Source: Fonticula alba ATCC 38817 (taxonomy: Eukaryota; Protista; Nucleariida). From it: 36,312 bases of DNA. Location: assembly GCA_000388065.2 (NCBI GenBank), contig KB932201.1; one strand, 5' to 3'. Positions 1-12,300 of this stretch are shown here, in pieces. Made by a program: the position numbers and the translations under genes. The notes beneath the pieces are model-generated. The model worked only from the letters and a program-made list of their open reading frames with translations, did no database searches and was not told where the DNA came from. Within the stretch, counting starts at the first letter, position 1. The number at the start of each line of letters is the position of its first letter.

Positions 1-809
1 GTCCCAATTAGCCCCCCCTCGCCGGGCCGTGCGCGCCTGGGGGGGGGGGGGGGGGCCGGACGAGGGCGGGGCGATCTACGCATCTCGCCTCCAGAGATGC
101 GCGGGCCTTTCCTGCTCCCCCGCGCCCGCGCAGACGCGAGCATGCGGCAGCCCACCATTGTTCCAGTGGCCCAGGGCCACCATCCGGCCGTGCCGACAGC
201 CGCGCGCGCGCGCACGGCCGGGCCTGGGAGATAATCCCGGTCCACTCTACCTTGGAGCGAGGGGGGGGGGTGGCTGTAGTTGCGGGGGAAGGTGGGCCGG
301 GGGGGGTGGGGGGGGGGGGGGGGGGCCACCCACTCCCGAAGGCATGCGCCCCTCCCATCGCTTGTCGAGATGATGGGCCCGCATACGGTGACACTCACGA
401 ACACACACCAGGATCGTGGCGCGAGATCCTGCCTCGCCCTGCCCCCCCCCCTCCCCCGGAGGGTCTCTCTGGCACTTGCTGGGTGCAACTAGATGCGTCA
501 AATCCCGGCCGAGATCCCAGCTGCCCGGGGCGGGGTGTTGGCTCGGGATCTCCCAGGCTTGCGCCTCTCAGGCCAGGCATAGGGAGCCGGCCCCCCATCT
601 TGGTGGCAGGGATGCGAGCGAATGCGTGCGTGTGTCGGCCGCCGCCCTGGCTGGGCCCCTGCACCGATGGACCCGGCCCGGCGCCTCCTCTTCAGCCAGC
701 GGTCTTTGGCCCCATTCACCCCGGTCCCACCATTCCCCCCCCCCTTCTCCCCCCTCCTGTCTCTCTCTTTCTTCTCCCCCCCCTCCCCCCCCCCCCCCCC
801 CCCCCCCCA

Positions 810-975
810 NNNNNNNNNNNNNNNNNNNNNNNNNNNNNNNNNNNNNNNNNNNNNNNNNNNNNNNNNNNNNNNNNNNNNNNNNNNNNNNNNNNNNNNNNNN
901 NNNNNNNNNNNNNNNNNNNNNNNNNNNNNNNNNNNNNNNNNNNNNNNNNNNNNNNNNNNNNNNNNNNNNNNNNNN
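810..975. other. Assembly gap (N run). Other gaps: 8079-8088, 9294-9303, 15665-15785, 21769-21801
   Basis: N runs, each at or next to a homopolymer or microsatellite tract. Confidence 1.
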
Positions 976-991
976 CCCCCCACCGCATATC

Positions 992-2668
992 ATGACTTCC
1001 ACCGAGCCCGGTGTCCCCATGACCACGGCCATGCGCGCTGGCGTCTACGCGCGGCGGCCGCCCCCCAAGACCCCTCTCGATCAGCTGGCCTTGTCTGTGG
1101 CCATGCGCGAGGGTACCCGCAAGGCGCACGATCGTGCCGAGTCCGCCGGCTTCTTTGAGTGCGTGAAGAATGCCATGCATGCCTCCCGGCACTTTCTCGG
1201 TTCCTCCGCACTCCCCCTCTTCCTCCCGCCTGGACATTTGCTCACCTTCTCTGCTCCCTTCGCCCCCCCCCCCTCTCCTTTTTTATTGTCAAACACACGC
1301 AGACGCCTCTTCAAGACCCCGGCCTCGGGCGCGAAGCCCTTCCGCCAGGAGGACTTCGGCCACTTCACCCTGGCCCTGTACTACGTGTACCAGGCCCTGG
1401 AGGAGGTGCTTGATGGGCATGCCAGCCATCCCGCGGTCAGCGGGATCTACTTTCCGCGAGAGCTCCGCCGCGCCGGGCGTCTGGCCGCCGATGTGGACTT
1501 CCTGCTTGCCGGCCGGGACATCACGGCCGGCGCCCCGAGCGCCGACGCCGAGGAGGCCCTCTTCGCCGAGGCCGGTCGCCTGGCCGAGGCGGCCCTCAAG
1601 CAAACGCCCCCTGCCAACTTGGATGCGCTCGGCCTCAAGGCGGATGACTGGCGCCTGAGCGGGCCGACCCCGGCGGCGAAGGCCTACGCCGCGCGCCTGC
1701 GCCTCATCGCCGAGAAGGACCCCGCCCGGCTGGTGGCGCACGCTTATGTCCGGTACCTGGGGGACCTGTCCGGCGGGGCGCAGATTGCCACCCGCGCCCG
1801 GCGCCTGCTGGCCTTGCAGACGGCCACCACGGCCAACAGCGACCTTGGCGCCGAGTCGACCCAGCACCGGCGCGGGTCGCCCGGGCTGCGGTTCTTCGCC
1901 TTCCCAGCCGTGGACCATGTCAACTCCTTCAAGGAGTCCTTCCGCGCGGCCCTCGACGCGGTTCCGCTTTGCTTCGACTTCGACCCGGCGGCCGCGCTGG
2001 CGGCCGAAGGAGGCCCCGGCGCCCCGCCGGCCGGCTGGTGGGTCGAGGGCGAGGAGGAGGACTTCCTGGCCGGCTACGGCCAGGAGACCGGCTTCGCGGA
2101 TGGCCTGACCGCCGACGCGCTGCCGGCCACCATGGCCCCCGGCGCCGCGGGGGGGTGTCCCTTTGCCGTGGCGGCCGGCGGCCGCAAGGGCGTCCCCACC
2201 GCCGACCAAGCCGCGGCCGATTCCCCGGCCGCCGGCACCACCGCCGGCCCTTCGCCCTCCGACGACACGCCGGCCCCCCGGGCGAGTGGCTGCCCGGTGA
2301 CTGCCGCACGAGAGCTTCACCGGCGCCGGCGTCTGCGCACCCTGGTGGCCGAGGCCGCGCGTGCCTTCGACCTGTCGGCCGACCTGCTGGCCGAGGCCGA
2401 GGCACGCGCCGTCGAGCACGACGCCCGGGCGGCTGTTTCGCCGACCCCCGCTGCTGCTGCTGCTACTGTGGCCGCCCGGGAGCCACCGGCGCCGCGCATC
2501 TCGCCGGCCGCCATCGCCGCGCACCACATGACCAAGCAGCAGCAGCAGCAGTCCGCCTGGCCATTCTCCACCACCCAGGCCGTTTCCCTTGCCATTGCCA
2601 TCTCGGTTCTCGTGTATGCGTACTTTGTCCACTCGGCGGATCGGAGTGCCGGGCTGATCCTCTCGTAA
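992..2668 (+). CDS. HMOX: Heme oxygenase, HO-1/HO-2 family, with C-terminal membrane anchor (exons 992-1158, 1303-2668; ~510 aa)
   Basis: Proximal-His helix LSVAMREGTRKAHDRAESAGFF, then LYYVYQALEE and IYFPRELRR. Distal helix AHAYVRYLGDLSGG, final helix LVAEAARAFDLSADLL, C-terminal hydrophobic segment AVSLAIAISVLVYAYFV. A 144-nt GT-AG intron (1159-1302, GTGCGT...GCAG) is in frame and stop-free, so the ORF track reads through it. The start codon is uncertain because an N gap (810-975) lies just upstream. Confidence 0.9.
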   Translation: MTSTEPGVPMTTAMRAGVYARRPPPKTPLDQLALSVAMREGTRKAHDRAESAGFFECVKNAMHASRHFLGSSALPLFLPPGHLLTFSAPFAPPPSPFLLSNTRRRLFKTPASGAKPFRQEDFGHFTLALYYVYQALEEVLDGHASHPAVSGIYFPRELRRAGRLAADVDFLLAGRDITAGAPSADAEEALFAEAGRLAEAALKQTPPANLDALGLKADDWRLSGPTPAAKAYAARLRLIAEKDPARLVAHAYVRYLGDLSGGAQIATRARRLLALQTATTANSDLGAESTQHRRGSPGLRFFAFPAVDHVNSFKESFRAALDAVPLCFDFDPAAALAAEGGPGAPPAGWWVEGEEEDFLAGYGQETGFADGLTADALPATMAPGAAGGCPFAVAAGGRKGVPTADQAAADSPAAGTTAGPSPSDDTPAPRASGCPVTAARELHRRRRLRTLVAEAARAFDLSADLLAEAEARAVEHDARAAVSPTPAAAAATVAAREPPAPRISPAAIAAHHMTKQQQQQSAWPFSTTQAVSLAIAISVLVYAYFVHSADRSAGLILS

Positions 2669-2757
2669 TGCGCTGGCGCGCCGTTGATGGATGGTCTCCT
2701 GCGTGGCCCCCCCCCCGCCCTTCCTCTCCCGATCATGGAGAGGGGGGACAATAAATG

Positions 2758-2801
<44 letters not shown>

Positions 2802-3735
2802 CCCCCGCCCCGCGGCGATGTGTGTGCAACATGAGGGGTGGATCTTTCGCCCTCGCATTTCAGCTTTCCTTCGGTGGCCGGCTCGCCAGCGCGCCCCCCG
2901 CGCGGAGCATGGTCGCAAGAAAGGCCCCGCTGGCGAGGGCGCCGGCCGTGTGTAGGGCCGCTGTTCGTCGGTGTCTCGACCGGGGGGCGTGGGGGAGACT
3001 GGCATGGAAAAAAAAGAGAAAGTCCCTGGCGCATGATTCGAACCCATGGCATATGGCCGCCCGGGACGGGGGGCTCCGGGGCCGTCCGGACCTGCGAGGG
3101 TTGTGGGGGCATGGTCTGGAAGAAGCCGAGGGAGGGGAGCCAAGTGATGCGCACTTTTTTTCTGTTTCGCGAACACCCCGGGCGGACCACGGCCACCCTC
3201 GGCCCCCCGCGAGAGAATCCCTGGGGCCCTGGAGAGGAAAGGACGGGCGGGGGGGTCCGTGCCCCCAACGGGCGGAGGCCGGGGACCGGGCCATGCGTTG
3301 GCACTTTTGCCCTCAGGACGGGTGTGCTTGTTCTGGCGGCCGTCGGGGGGCGGGGGCGGGGGCGGGCCAAGGATCGGCCGCTTCGCAGCGCCCTGTGCGA
3401 GAGAGGGGCAGCTGGCGCGAGAAGACACACTAGGCCCGGCCCCGGCGGCCCCCGGGCAGGCCGAAGGGGCAACCTGAGGCCAAGCCCCAGGACGGGCGCC
3501 GGCGGCGGAGGCCTTCCACCGACCCCGGGCCGGTGCCCGATGTCTTGTCCCCGGCCCCCCCCCCCCCCCCCGGAAGGTCCCTGGCCCCGATGCAAGCATT
3601 CAAATGCTGGGCGGGTGTGGCCTCGGCCCGGCCCCGATGGCCGTCCCCATCCCCGTGCTTCACACCCCCCTATCCGGTATCTTTCTTGCTGGTCTCCCCG
3701 CTCGCTCCTCCCTCCCCCTGCCTCTTCTTCTTGGA

Positions 3736-3791
3736 CCACCTCCCTATCCTGTCCTCATTTCCACCTCCCTATCCTGTCCTCATTTCCACCT
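3736..3791 (+). repeat. 25-nt tandem duplication (CCACCTCCCTATCCTGTCCTCATTT x2 plus a partial copy) upstream of the beta-adaptin start
   Basis: Identical units at 3736-3760 and 3761-3785, with CCACCT at 3786-3791. Confidence 0.9.
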
Positions 3792-3929
3792 CGCTCACCC
3801 GCCCCCCCCTCCCCCCTTCCCTCTCCCGCCTCCCTTTCCCCTCCTCATCCCCCCCCTCCCCAAACCCAGACCACTTCTGGACCCACATCATCCCGTGTGA
3901 GTCCCCCTGTGCGCACATCGGCACCAAGC

Positions 3930-5646
3930 ATGTCTGGAAGCAAGTTCTTCGCCACCACCAAGAAGGGTACGCCTTCGCCCGCCGACTCATCGCCTCCTGG
4001 CCCGTCTTTGTGCCAGCATCCCGTCTCTTACCTTCTTTCCTTCCTTCCGCGTCTCTCTCTCTCTCTCTCCCCCTCCCTGCCTCTCTCTCCCTCTCTCTCC
4101 CCCCCCTCTCTCTCTCCCGGCCCCGGGCCCCCCTCCTTGGCACCTGCCAACAGGTGAGATCTACGAGATCAAGGCCGACCTCAATGGTGACGACCGCCTG
4201 AAGATCAAGAATGCCGTGAAGAAGGTCATCGCCAACATGACCATCGGCAAGGATGTGAGCTCCCTCTTCCCGGATGTCATCAAGAACATGCAGACCGATG
4301 ACATCGAGCTCAAGAAGCTCGTCTACCTGTACCTGATGAACTATGCCAAGTCCCAGCCGGAGATCGCCATCCTGGCCGTCAACACCTTTGTCAAGGACAG
4401 CGAGGACATGTCCAACCCGCTGCTCCGTGCGCTGGCCATTCGCACTATGGGCTGCATTCGGGTGGATCGCATTGTCGACTACCTGTCCATTCCCCTGAAC
4501 AAGACCCTGGCCGATCCGGATCCCTATGTCCGCAAGACCGCCGTCCTGGCCGTGGCCAAGATGTTCGACATCAACCCCTCCCTGTGCGAGGCCCATGGCT
4601 ACATCAGCACCCTGCGCAACATCGTCACCACCGATGCCAACCCCATGGTCGTGGCCAATGCCGTGGCCGCTCTGACCGAGATGAATGAGGACTCCAACGG
4701 CACGGTCTTCCAGCTGAACCAGGCCACCCTGAACAAGCTGCTCACTGTGCTCAATGATGCCAATGAGTGGGGCCAGATTGTCATCCTGGACGCCCTCTCC
4801 AAGTACACCACCACCAACCCCCGCGAGGCGGAGAACATCTGCGAGCGCGTTCTCCCCCGCGTGGCGCATGCCAACGCGGCCGTCGTGCTGACCGCGGTCC
4901 GTGTGCTTCTGCGCTTCGCCGCCATCATGGACAAGCATGGCATGGAGCAGCAGCTGCGCGCGGTCTACTCGAAGCTGGGTCCGCCTCTGGGTGCGTGCCG
5001 CTGGGTGTCTTTCCTTCCCTCCTCCTCTTTCCCCCCACGTGCTGCTGCTGCCCGCCTGATGGGCGGGGGAGGGGGTTTGCCGCGCTGCCCCATCTGACCT
5101 TTCTCCCTGTCTTTCCCCCCTGTCTTTCTCCCCTCAGCCTCCCTGCTGTCCAACGAGCCCGAGGTGCAGTATGTGGCCCTCCGATGCATTCGCCTGATCC
5201 TGCGTCGCCTCCCCAGCGCCATGACCCAGGACATTCGGGTGTTCTTCTGCAAGTACAACGACACCCCCTATGTCAAGCGCGAGAAGCTGGACATCATTGT
5301 TCGTCTGGCAACCGAGAAGAACGTCGCGCAGGTCCTCTCGGAGCTCAAGGAGTATGCTCTGGAGGCGGATGTGGAGTTCACGCGCCATGCTCTGGAGGCC
5401 GTCGGCCATGTGGCCCTGCGCCTGGGCCCCACGGCCGCCGAGCGTGCGGTCTCCATCCTGATGGAGCTCATCCGCACCCGGGTCAGCCATGTTGTTCAGG
5501 ATGCCATCGTCGTCATCAAGGACATCTTCCGCAAGTACCCCAACCGCTATGAGCTGGTCATCCCGACCCTGTGCGACAACCTTGAGTCGCTGGATGAGCC
5601 CATGGCCCGTGGTGCGTCTTCATCTTGCTCTCTCTCTCTCTCTCTT

Positions 5647-5699
<53 letters not shown>

Positions 5700-7664
5700 T
5701 CTCTGCTCTCTCTCTCTCTCTCTCTTCTCTGCTCTTCCTCTCTTCGCTCTTCTCTCCTCTTCTCTCCTCCCGTCAAACTGATTGTTCTCTCCCCCGCCCT
5801 TCGCCCCTTGCCCATCGAACAGCCTCGATCATCTGGATTATCGGTGAGTACGGTGAGCGCATCGAGAATGTCACCGAGCTGCTGACCCAGTTCCTGGACA
5901 CCTTCGCCGAGGATGCGGTGGTTGTCCAGCTGCAGCTGCTGACGGCCGTGGTCAAGGTCTTCCTGAAGCTCCCCTCCGTGGCCAAGGACCTGGTCCAGCG
6001 CGTTCTGCAGCTGGCCACCACGGCTTCGGAGAACTCGGACCTTCGCGACCGCGGCTACATCTACTGGCGCCTGCTGTCCAGCGACCCGTCGGCCGCCAAG
6101 AGCATCGTCCTTTCGGAGCGTGCGCCCATTTCGCTGGACATCGATGATGATCTGCACCAGGCCGGGCCGGCCCTGCTGGACGACCTGATTGCCAACATCG
6201 GCAACCTGGCCTCCGTGTACCATGTGTCTTCCGCGTCGCTTGTTGACCCGGACAAGGTGGCTCCGGTGGTCTTCCTTCGCCAGGGCGAGGGCGACGAGTC
6301 GGTGTCCTTCGGTGATGCCGGGCAGACCCCGGGCGAGGGGGTCTCCCCGGCGGTCGGTGTCAGCGCCGGGCCCTCGGCCACCGGCACCCCGGCCGCTGCC
6401 CCCAAGGAGACGCCCATGCTGTTGGATCTGCTCAGCCTCGATGACCCGGTGCTCCCGGCGGCCGGCAGCTCCACCGGCGGGCCCGCCACCACCGCCTCGG
6501 GTCTGGAGGATCTGCTTGGCCTGAGCATTTCTTCCACTCCAGCCCCGACGGCCAGCAAGTCCCCTGCTTCCGGGGGCATTGATGACCTGCTGGGTCTGAT
6601 GTCTTCCAACCCGGCTCCGGCCCCGGCTGCTGTCACCAGCGGCGGCAGCCCCCCCCACATGATGATGGGGTCCATGATGATGGGCGGCTCGCCGGTCATG
6701 GCCGCGGCCACGCCGGCCGGCCAGACTGTGGTCCTGCAATCGCAGCTCGGCCTCGGCCTGGAGGTGGCGGTGGCCTTCGAGCGCCAGACCCCCCAGGATG
6801 ATGGTGCCCGCCTGGGGCTGACCCTGACCAATCGCTCCGGTGCGCCGATCGACGGTGTGGCCATCTCCCTGGGGAAGAACTCCTTCGGCATGGCCATCCA
6901 CCCTGCGGACCGGGCTCTCATCCCGGCGGCCCTGGCTCCCGGCCAGCAGGCGGCCCTGACCCTGCGTGTGGTTTTCGGCGATGCCGAGTCCCGCCAGCGT
7001 GTTGAGCCGGCCGACCAGCTGACCATCGGCATCCGCTCCGGCCAGCGTACCTTCACCTCGACCGCCATCTCCGTGCCCTTCGAGCGTATCCTCGCCCCGA
7101 CCGCGGTGGCGGACGCCGGCCCCGGCGCGGCCATCCCCGCTGGCCAGTATGCCTCCATGTGGGCCCAGGTGGCCGCCGGCGAGCTGGCCCACACCGTCGG
7201 CCAGCTGCCGCACCTCGGCTCGGTGGCCCGTGTGGTCGAGCATCTGAACGCCCACCGGTTCTTCGTCAGCAACACCCAGAAGAGTGGCAACCTGGTACGC
7301 ATGCACATACCTTTCATGCCACTTCTTTTCATGTGTGCCCCTTTGCTATTCATGCCTTTCTGTCTGTCCACTCGCACGCCACCTGTCCATCGACTCCATT
7401 CCCTCCCTCCCTCCCTCCCTCGCTCTCTGTCTCTTCCTCCCCACTGACCATCGCCTACCCCCCTCTCAAAAAAACCCTTTCCCCGAACCACGCGCACAGG
7501 ACGTCATCTCCGTGTCGGTCCGGATTGGCGGTGTCCTGGTTGTCCTGTCAGATATCGCCCTCCACCCTTCGATGACCGCGATCAAGGCCCTCATCCGCAC
7601 TCCGGCTGGCGGCGTCGCGCCCCTGTTCGCCAGTGCTCTGGAGCGCGTCATGCGGAGCATCTAA
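3930..7664 (+). CDS. AP1B1/AP2B1: AP-1/AP-2 complex beta subunit (beta adaptin) with trunk, hinge and appendage (exons 3930-3966, 4154-4990, 5138-5611, 5823-7294, 7500-7664; 994 aa)
   Basis: Spliced N-terminus [22 protein letters not shown]. Also [64 protein letters not shown] and [14 protein letters not shown], all typical of beta1/beta2 adaptin. The four GT-AG introns preserve frame; the exon sum of 2985 nt is divisible by 3. Confidence 0.96.
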
Positions 7665-8058
7665 GCATGCGCGCTTGCCTTTTGTCAAGGCACGGAGCGG
7701 CAGCTGGCGCCCAACGCGCCGGGAGGGCGAGAGCCCCTCCGCGCGCGCAGTGCGACTCTCTTCTTTTGAATACTTGGATCCTCGTCCCCCCCGCCGGTGA
7801 TGCCGAGGCCCGTTCCCTTGCCGATCGGGTATTGAGAGCTGTCCTGCTGGCGGAAGGCAGTAGCTTTGGCAAGCGTGTGTGCTCCCTCGCCGTGTCGTCC
7901 TCCCCCCCCCCCTCCCCCGAAGGAAGGCACTCAAGCGGGGAGATATGCCTCTGTGGCCTGTCGTGCACTCTTGTCTTTCCGCCTCCTGCTCTCTGCATTT
8001 CCCATCTGTTTTCATTTGAAAATATATTCCCCCTTCCCGACATCTTTGCCCTCCGCGC

Positions 8059-8088
8059 TCTCTCTCTCTCTCTCTCTCNNNNNNNNNN

Positions 8089-8140
<52 letters not shown>
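8059..8140 (+). repeat. (TC)n microsatellite interrupted by a 10-N gap
   Basis: A TC run flanks Ns at 8079-8088. Similar CT tracts occur near 2759-2797 and 5628-5725. Confidence 0.9.
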
Positions 8141-8143
<3 letters not shown>

Positions 8144-9334
8144 CTCAGCGCCGCCGTACTGGCATATCAGAACACATATCACATGCCCGATCGTGCCCAG
8201 CTGCGGCTGATAGCCTTTAGTGTCTGGCCCCCGATCTGCCCCTTCTTTGTTTCGAATGTGCATGCCTGCGCCCCGCCTCTCATCGGAGATGCGCGGGCGA
8301 GTCGTGTACGGCGCTCGCCCCGGGGCGCACTTCTTGCTCGGGGGGAGGGGGGAGGGGGGGGGAAGACCCTACTGCGTATGCTCCCCTCAGCCGGGGCTCT
8401 CATCGTCTCCGGTGTTTTCGGGCACTCTTCTTCTCAAGTGGTTTTCCATCCGGATATTCACATTCCCGCCCGGGCGGCGATATTCAACCCCGGGCGGGTT
8501 CCGTTCACAAGGGGGCACTCCACTCCTCGAGTCGCGTAATGTCCCCCTTCTCAGGGGCCGTGCAGAGGCCGATCGAGCACGGGCATCTGCGCGACCGAGG
8601 CTAGTGGGCGCAGAGAGGCAGTCAGGATCTTTCCACTTCCCTCTGGAAAAGGTGCACGTGGGTGGGGGGGGGGGGGGGGGGGGGGTTCGTGTGCCGATTT
8701 GCTTGTCGGGTCGTTTGCTCGTCCATCCGTCTGCATTTGCAATCCGGGCTCAAATGCGCGGCGGAGTGGGCGAGAATTGTGGGCGCCTACGATCGGCCGG
8801 CGGAATCCCAACTTGCGCACGGGTGCACCCCGGGCGGGCTTGGCGTGTGGTCGACGGGTTCGCTGGCCCGGCCCTCGCGCCGGATCTCCATTGTCATCTC
8901 ACAGCGCGACCCTGTCCACGACCGAACAACTCCAAGACCACGGTGCCATTCGCCGACAGCCATGTGAAAGCCTTCACTTGCCCTCGGTCCCGGAGGGGGC
9001 GATTGAGGCCGAGCCGAAGCATCGGGATCGCGACTGATTCTTGGGGAAGTGCGCCCCCACCCTTCAGGCCGTACTTGCACCACCTTACTTCACTCATCTC
9101 TTGCCTTGCCTTGCCTCTCGACCCCATTCACCATTTCGTATACTTGCGCACGCAATCGCGCGTGCACCACCTAAAGCACACAGTCACACACACACAGCCA
9201 CACGCACAGCCACACACACACACGCACACACACAGCCACATACACATTTGCACGCCCCCCCCCCCCCCCTCTCCTGGCGGTGTGTGGAATCCCNNNNNNN
9301 NNNGGTGTGTGGAATCCCTCTCAGCTTCCCAGTC

Positions 9335-12300
9335 ATGAGCCTGTCAAATGTGGTCTTATCGGCCCTCTTTTCGATTGTCACCTCAGTGGCTGTATGCTAC
9401 CTGTTCATTTTCCCCTACCTGCTGGGGGTGAATACCTTCCCGAGCCCCGGGCGCCTGCTGCGCTTCTTGTTCTCTTCCTCCCGGAGTCCGGCCGGCGGCG
9501 CGTCGGACGGGTCCCCCGGGCGCGGAGAGGGCCCCGATGACCTGGAGCTTGGGGCCTGTGATCCCGGATCGCCGGCCGATCTGTCGCCTCTGCATTGCAC
9601 GCTGGCGGGAGCCGGGGCCGGTGATGCGGGTGACCTGCTGATTGGTGGCCCAGCCGGCCTGCCTGGCGGTCTGGCCAGTGGCTGGTGGACGGCCACCGTG
9701 TCCTTCCCGCTGTGGTCGATCTTGTCCATCGGCGGGCTGATCCTCGGCCTGCTCTGGCTGTCGGTGACCGTCACTCGGTTCCTCATGCGACGCATCTACA
9801 GCAAGACGTCGCGCGCGCGCCAGGCTCGGGCCGCAGCGCACCAAGCTCCTGTTGGCTCGGATGGGCTCCTGTACCCGGTACGCTGGTGCTTGTGGCTCCC
9901 CCCCCCCCTCCCCTCCCTCTCGCGCGGTCTTATATCGCCCTGCCCCGCCCCGATTGGTCTTCCTGTTGGGGGGGGGGGGGGGGGCAAGGCGCCTCCTCGC
10001 GCCGGGGTTGCCTGTGCTCCCTGCACGTCTCCCTCGCACTTGCCCCACATGCATGCTGACATGGATATGGGACTGCTTGAACGCCCCGCCCTCCCCACTC
10101 GCGCACTCAGGGCGATGGCGGAGCCTATGCCGGAAATAAGGTCCCCCAGGAGCTGGCCACTTTCCTGAAGTCCATCCAAGTTCTCGGGTATGTAGATGAT
10201 GCCATTGTCCTGGAGCTGGTCAAGCACACTTCCACCAAGAAGCTGCGCAAGGGGGATCTCCTTCTGCGAGCGGGCGAGCTGGATTCCGCCATGTTCGTGG
10301 TGACCTCCGGCCGCATCCACATCCACATTGTCGATGGCGGGACCGCAGACTCCAGTCCCGAGGATGGCCTGTCAGAGGTGTGTTTTCCGGGCCTTTCCTT
10401 GCCGGTGTCCGCACCCCGGACCATGCATCTGACCTGTGTCCCGTCTGATCGGGCCCAACTTCTCCTTCGCCCTCTCTCTGCCTCCTGTCTCTTGGGACCC
10501 TGCTTCCGACCTTCGTCCGCGCCCGATCTTCATCCATGCCGGGAAATAGGAAACCGTCATCAATGAGGTCGCCGCCGGAGGCAGCATCGTGTCGCTGTAC
10601 AGTGTGTTGGCTGTTCTGACCGGACAATATCCCCCCACCTTGCCGGTGACTGCTGTGCGTCTTGAATTTTGCGCCTCCAAGGTCCCCCCCCCCCTGCTTT
10701 GGATCTTGGCCCCGGGGCAATCTAACACATCTCGGACTTGTGGAAATGCCAGATTGCCGAAGAGGACACCGAGGTATTGCGTCTGCCGCTGGAGGCGCTG
10801 GCCTCCTTGCGGGAGAACCACAAGCGCGCCGTGCGGCACATGTTGCAGGTGATTGTCACGCGTTTCCAACGGGTGACCGTTCTGACGGTGAACAATTACT
10901 TTGGCCTGTCCGGGGAGCTGGCCACGATCGAGCGCCGCATGTCGGAGCTGAGCGTCCGCATGAGCCAAGATGCGCGGGCCCTACTTGGGGCCGATCTATC
11001 CCGTGGCGCAATGCCCGACCTTGCATCAGGTACGTCTTCTTTTTGTTCATTCACTTTCCCCCAGTCCGGGCATCGGTCCCTTCTTGGGATCTCTTTTTCA
11101 TTGACCTGCCTTCCTCCAACAAGCAGAGCCATCCAGTCCCGGACACACGCACGGGTCCAATGGCGGTGTCCATGGCGGCAGCGGCGGCAGCGGCAGCGGC
11201 AGCGGCAGCGGCAGCAGCAGGAGCAGCACCAGCACCAGCCTGTCATCACCTCCGGCCAGTGGGGATGCGCCCTCCTCGGCCACATCGGCCAGCGAGCTCC
11301 AGGCCGCGGCCACCGCCATTGCCGGGGTCCTGGGCCTCGAGGCGCTGGTTTCCCGATCTCCGCACTCTCCCCGGCTGTCGGTGACTGATGAGCTGGAGAT
11401 TGTAACCGCACAGCCCGGGGACCGCCTCACGGCGGCCGGGTCCCTCCGCCTGGGCTTGTATTATGTGATCGAGGTGCGGAAGCTGCCGGTCGGCATGTGC
11501 CTTCCTGCATTTCTTGTGCATGTCAATGTCCTTTTTTTTTTTGTGGGCTAACTCAAATGGCCCTTTGACGCCCCTCGCCAAATCTCCCCGGCACCCTCCT
11601 TCCACAGGGGCATCTTCGAGTGTACATGTACGAGCCGAGCGGCGGCCGGCGGCGGCTTGTGAATACCGCCGGCCCGGGCCGCTTGGCCGGGTTCCTGCCG
11701 ATCTTGACGAGTTTCCCCTCATTCCTGGAGATCGAGGCGGCCTCCGAGCCGGATGGCAGCGGACCCAACAAGGGCACCCTCAACTCGACGGCCTCCTCGG
11801 GCGCACACTCGGCCGAGGGCGCCACGAGTGCCTCTTCGCGGCCAGTCCGAGTGGCCTTCTTCTCACGCGAGAGGTACACACCGGCGCTGTCGCCCCGGAC
11901 ACGTTGCCCCCTTCCCGATGCCCCCATGTACTGACCCACTTCGATGGGCCACAGTTTCGAGGCCTTGATGGACATGCGCAATAGCAACGCCTGGACGGCC
12001 ATTGCGCGGCACATTCTTCACGGGGTGACGCCGCTGGTTCGTCAAATTGACTTCGGCCTGGAGTGGCTGCACGTTGAGGCCGGGCAGGTCCTTTACCATG
12101 AGGGGGAGGATCCCTTTGCCCCGTGTGGTCTCGGAGGGTCCATCTCCGGCCTGGGGGAGCGTTCTCCGGAAGGGAGCTCTCCCGGATCATCAAGCCCAGG
12201 CCCTGGGCTTGGCGGGGACTTGCGCGTGCCCTTCAATGCCGGGGTGCTGTCTGCGGCGGCGGCCTTCTCCTCGGCGGCCTCCCTTCATCGGGCGCGCCAT

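Noticed and set aside
626-975. Donor-like GTGCGT at 626 suggesting a 5' intron or extra upstream exon of heme oxygenase
   Set aside because: Any acceptor would fall in or beside the N gap (810-975), so it cannot be supported from this sequence.
1289-3739. Long antisense or alternative-frame ORFs (816 aa here; also 5558-7306, 20678-22282, 26202-27650, 29052-31037 and the upstream part of 23375-25306)
   Set aside because: They are shadows of real genes or run through microsatellites. Stop codons are rare in very GC-rich DNA, and the translations show no family motifs.
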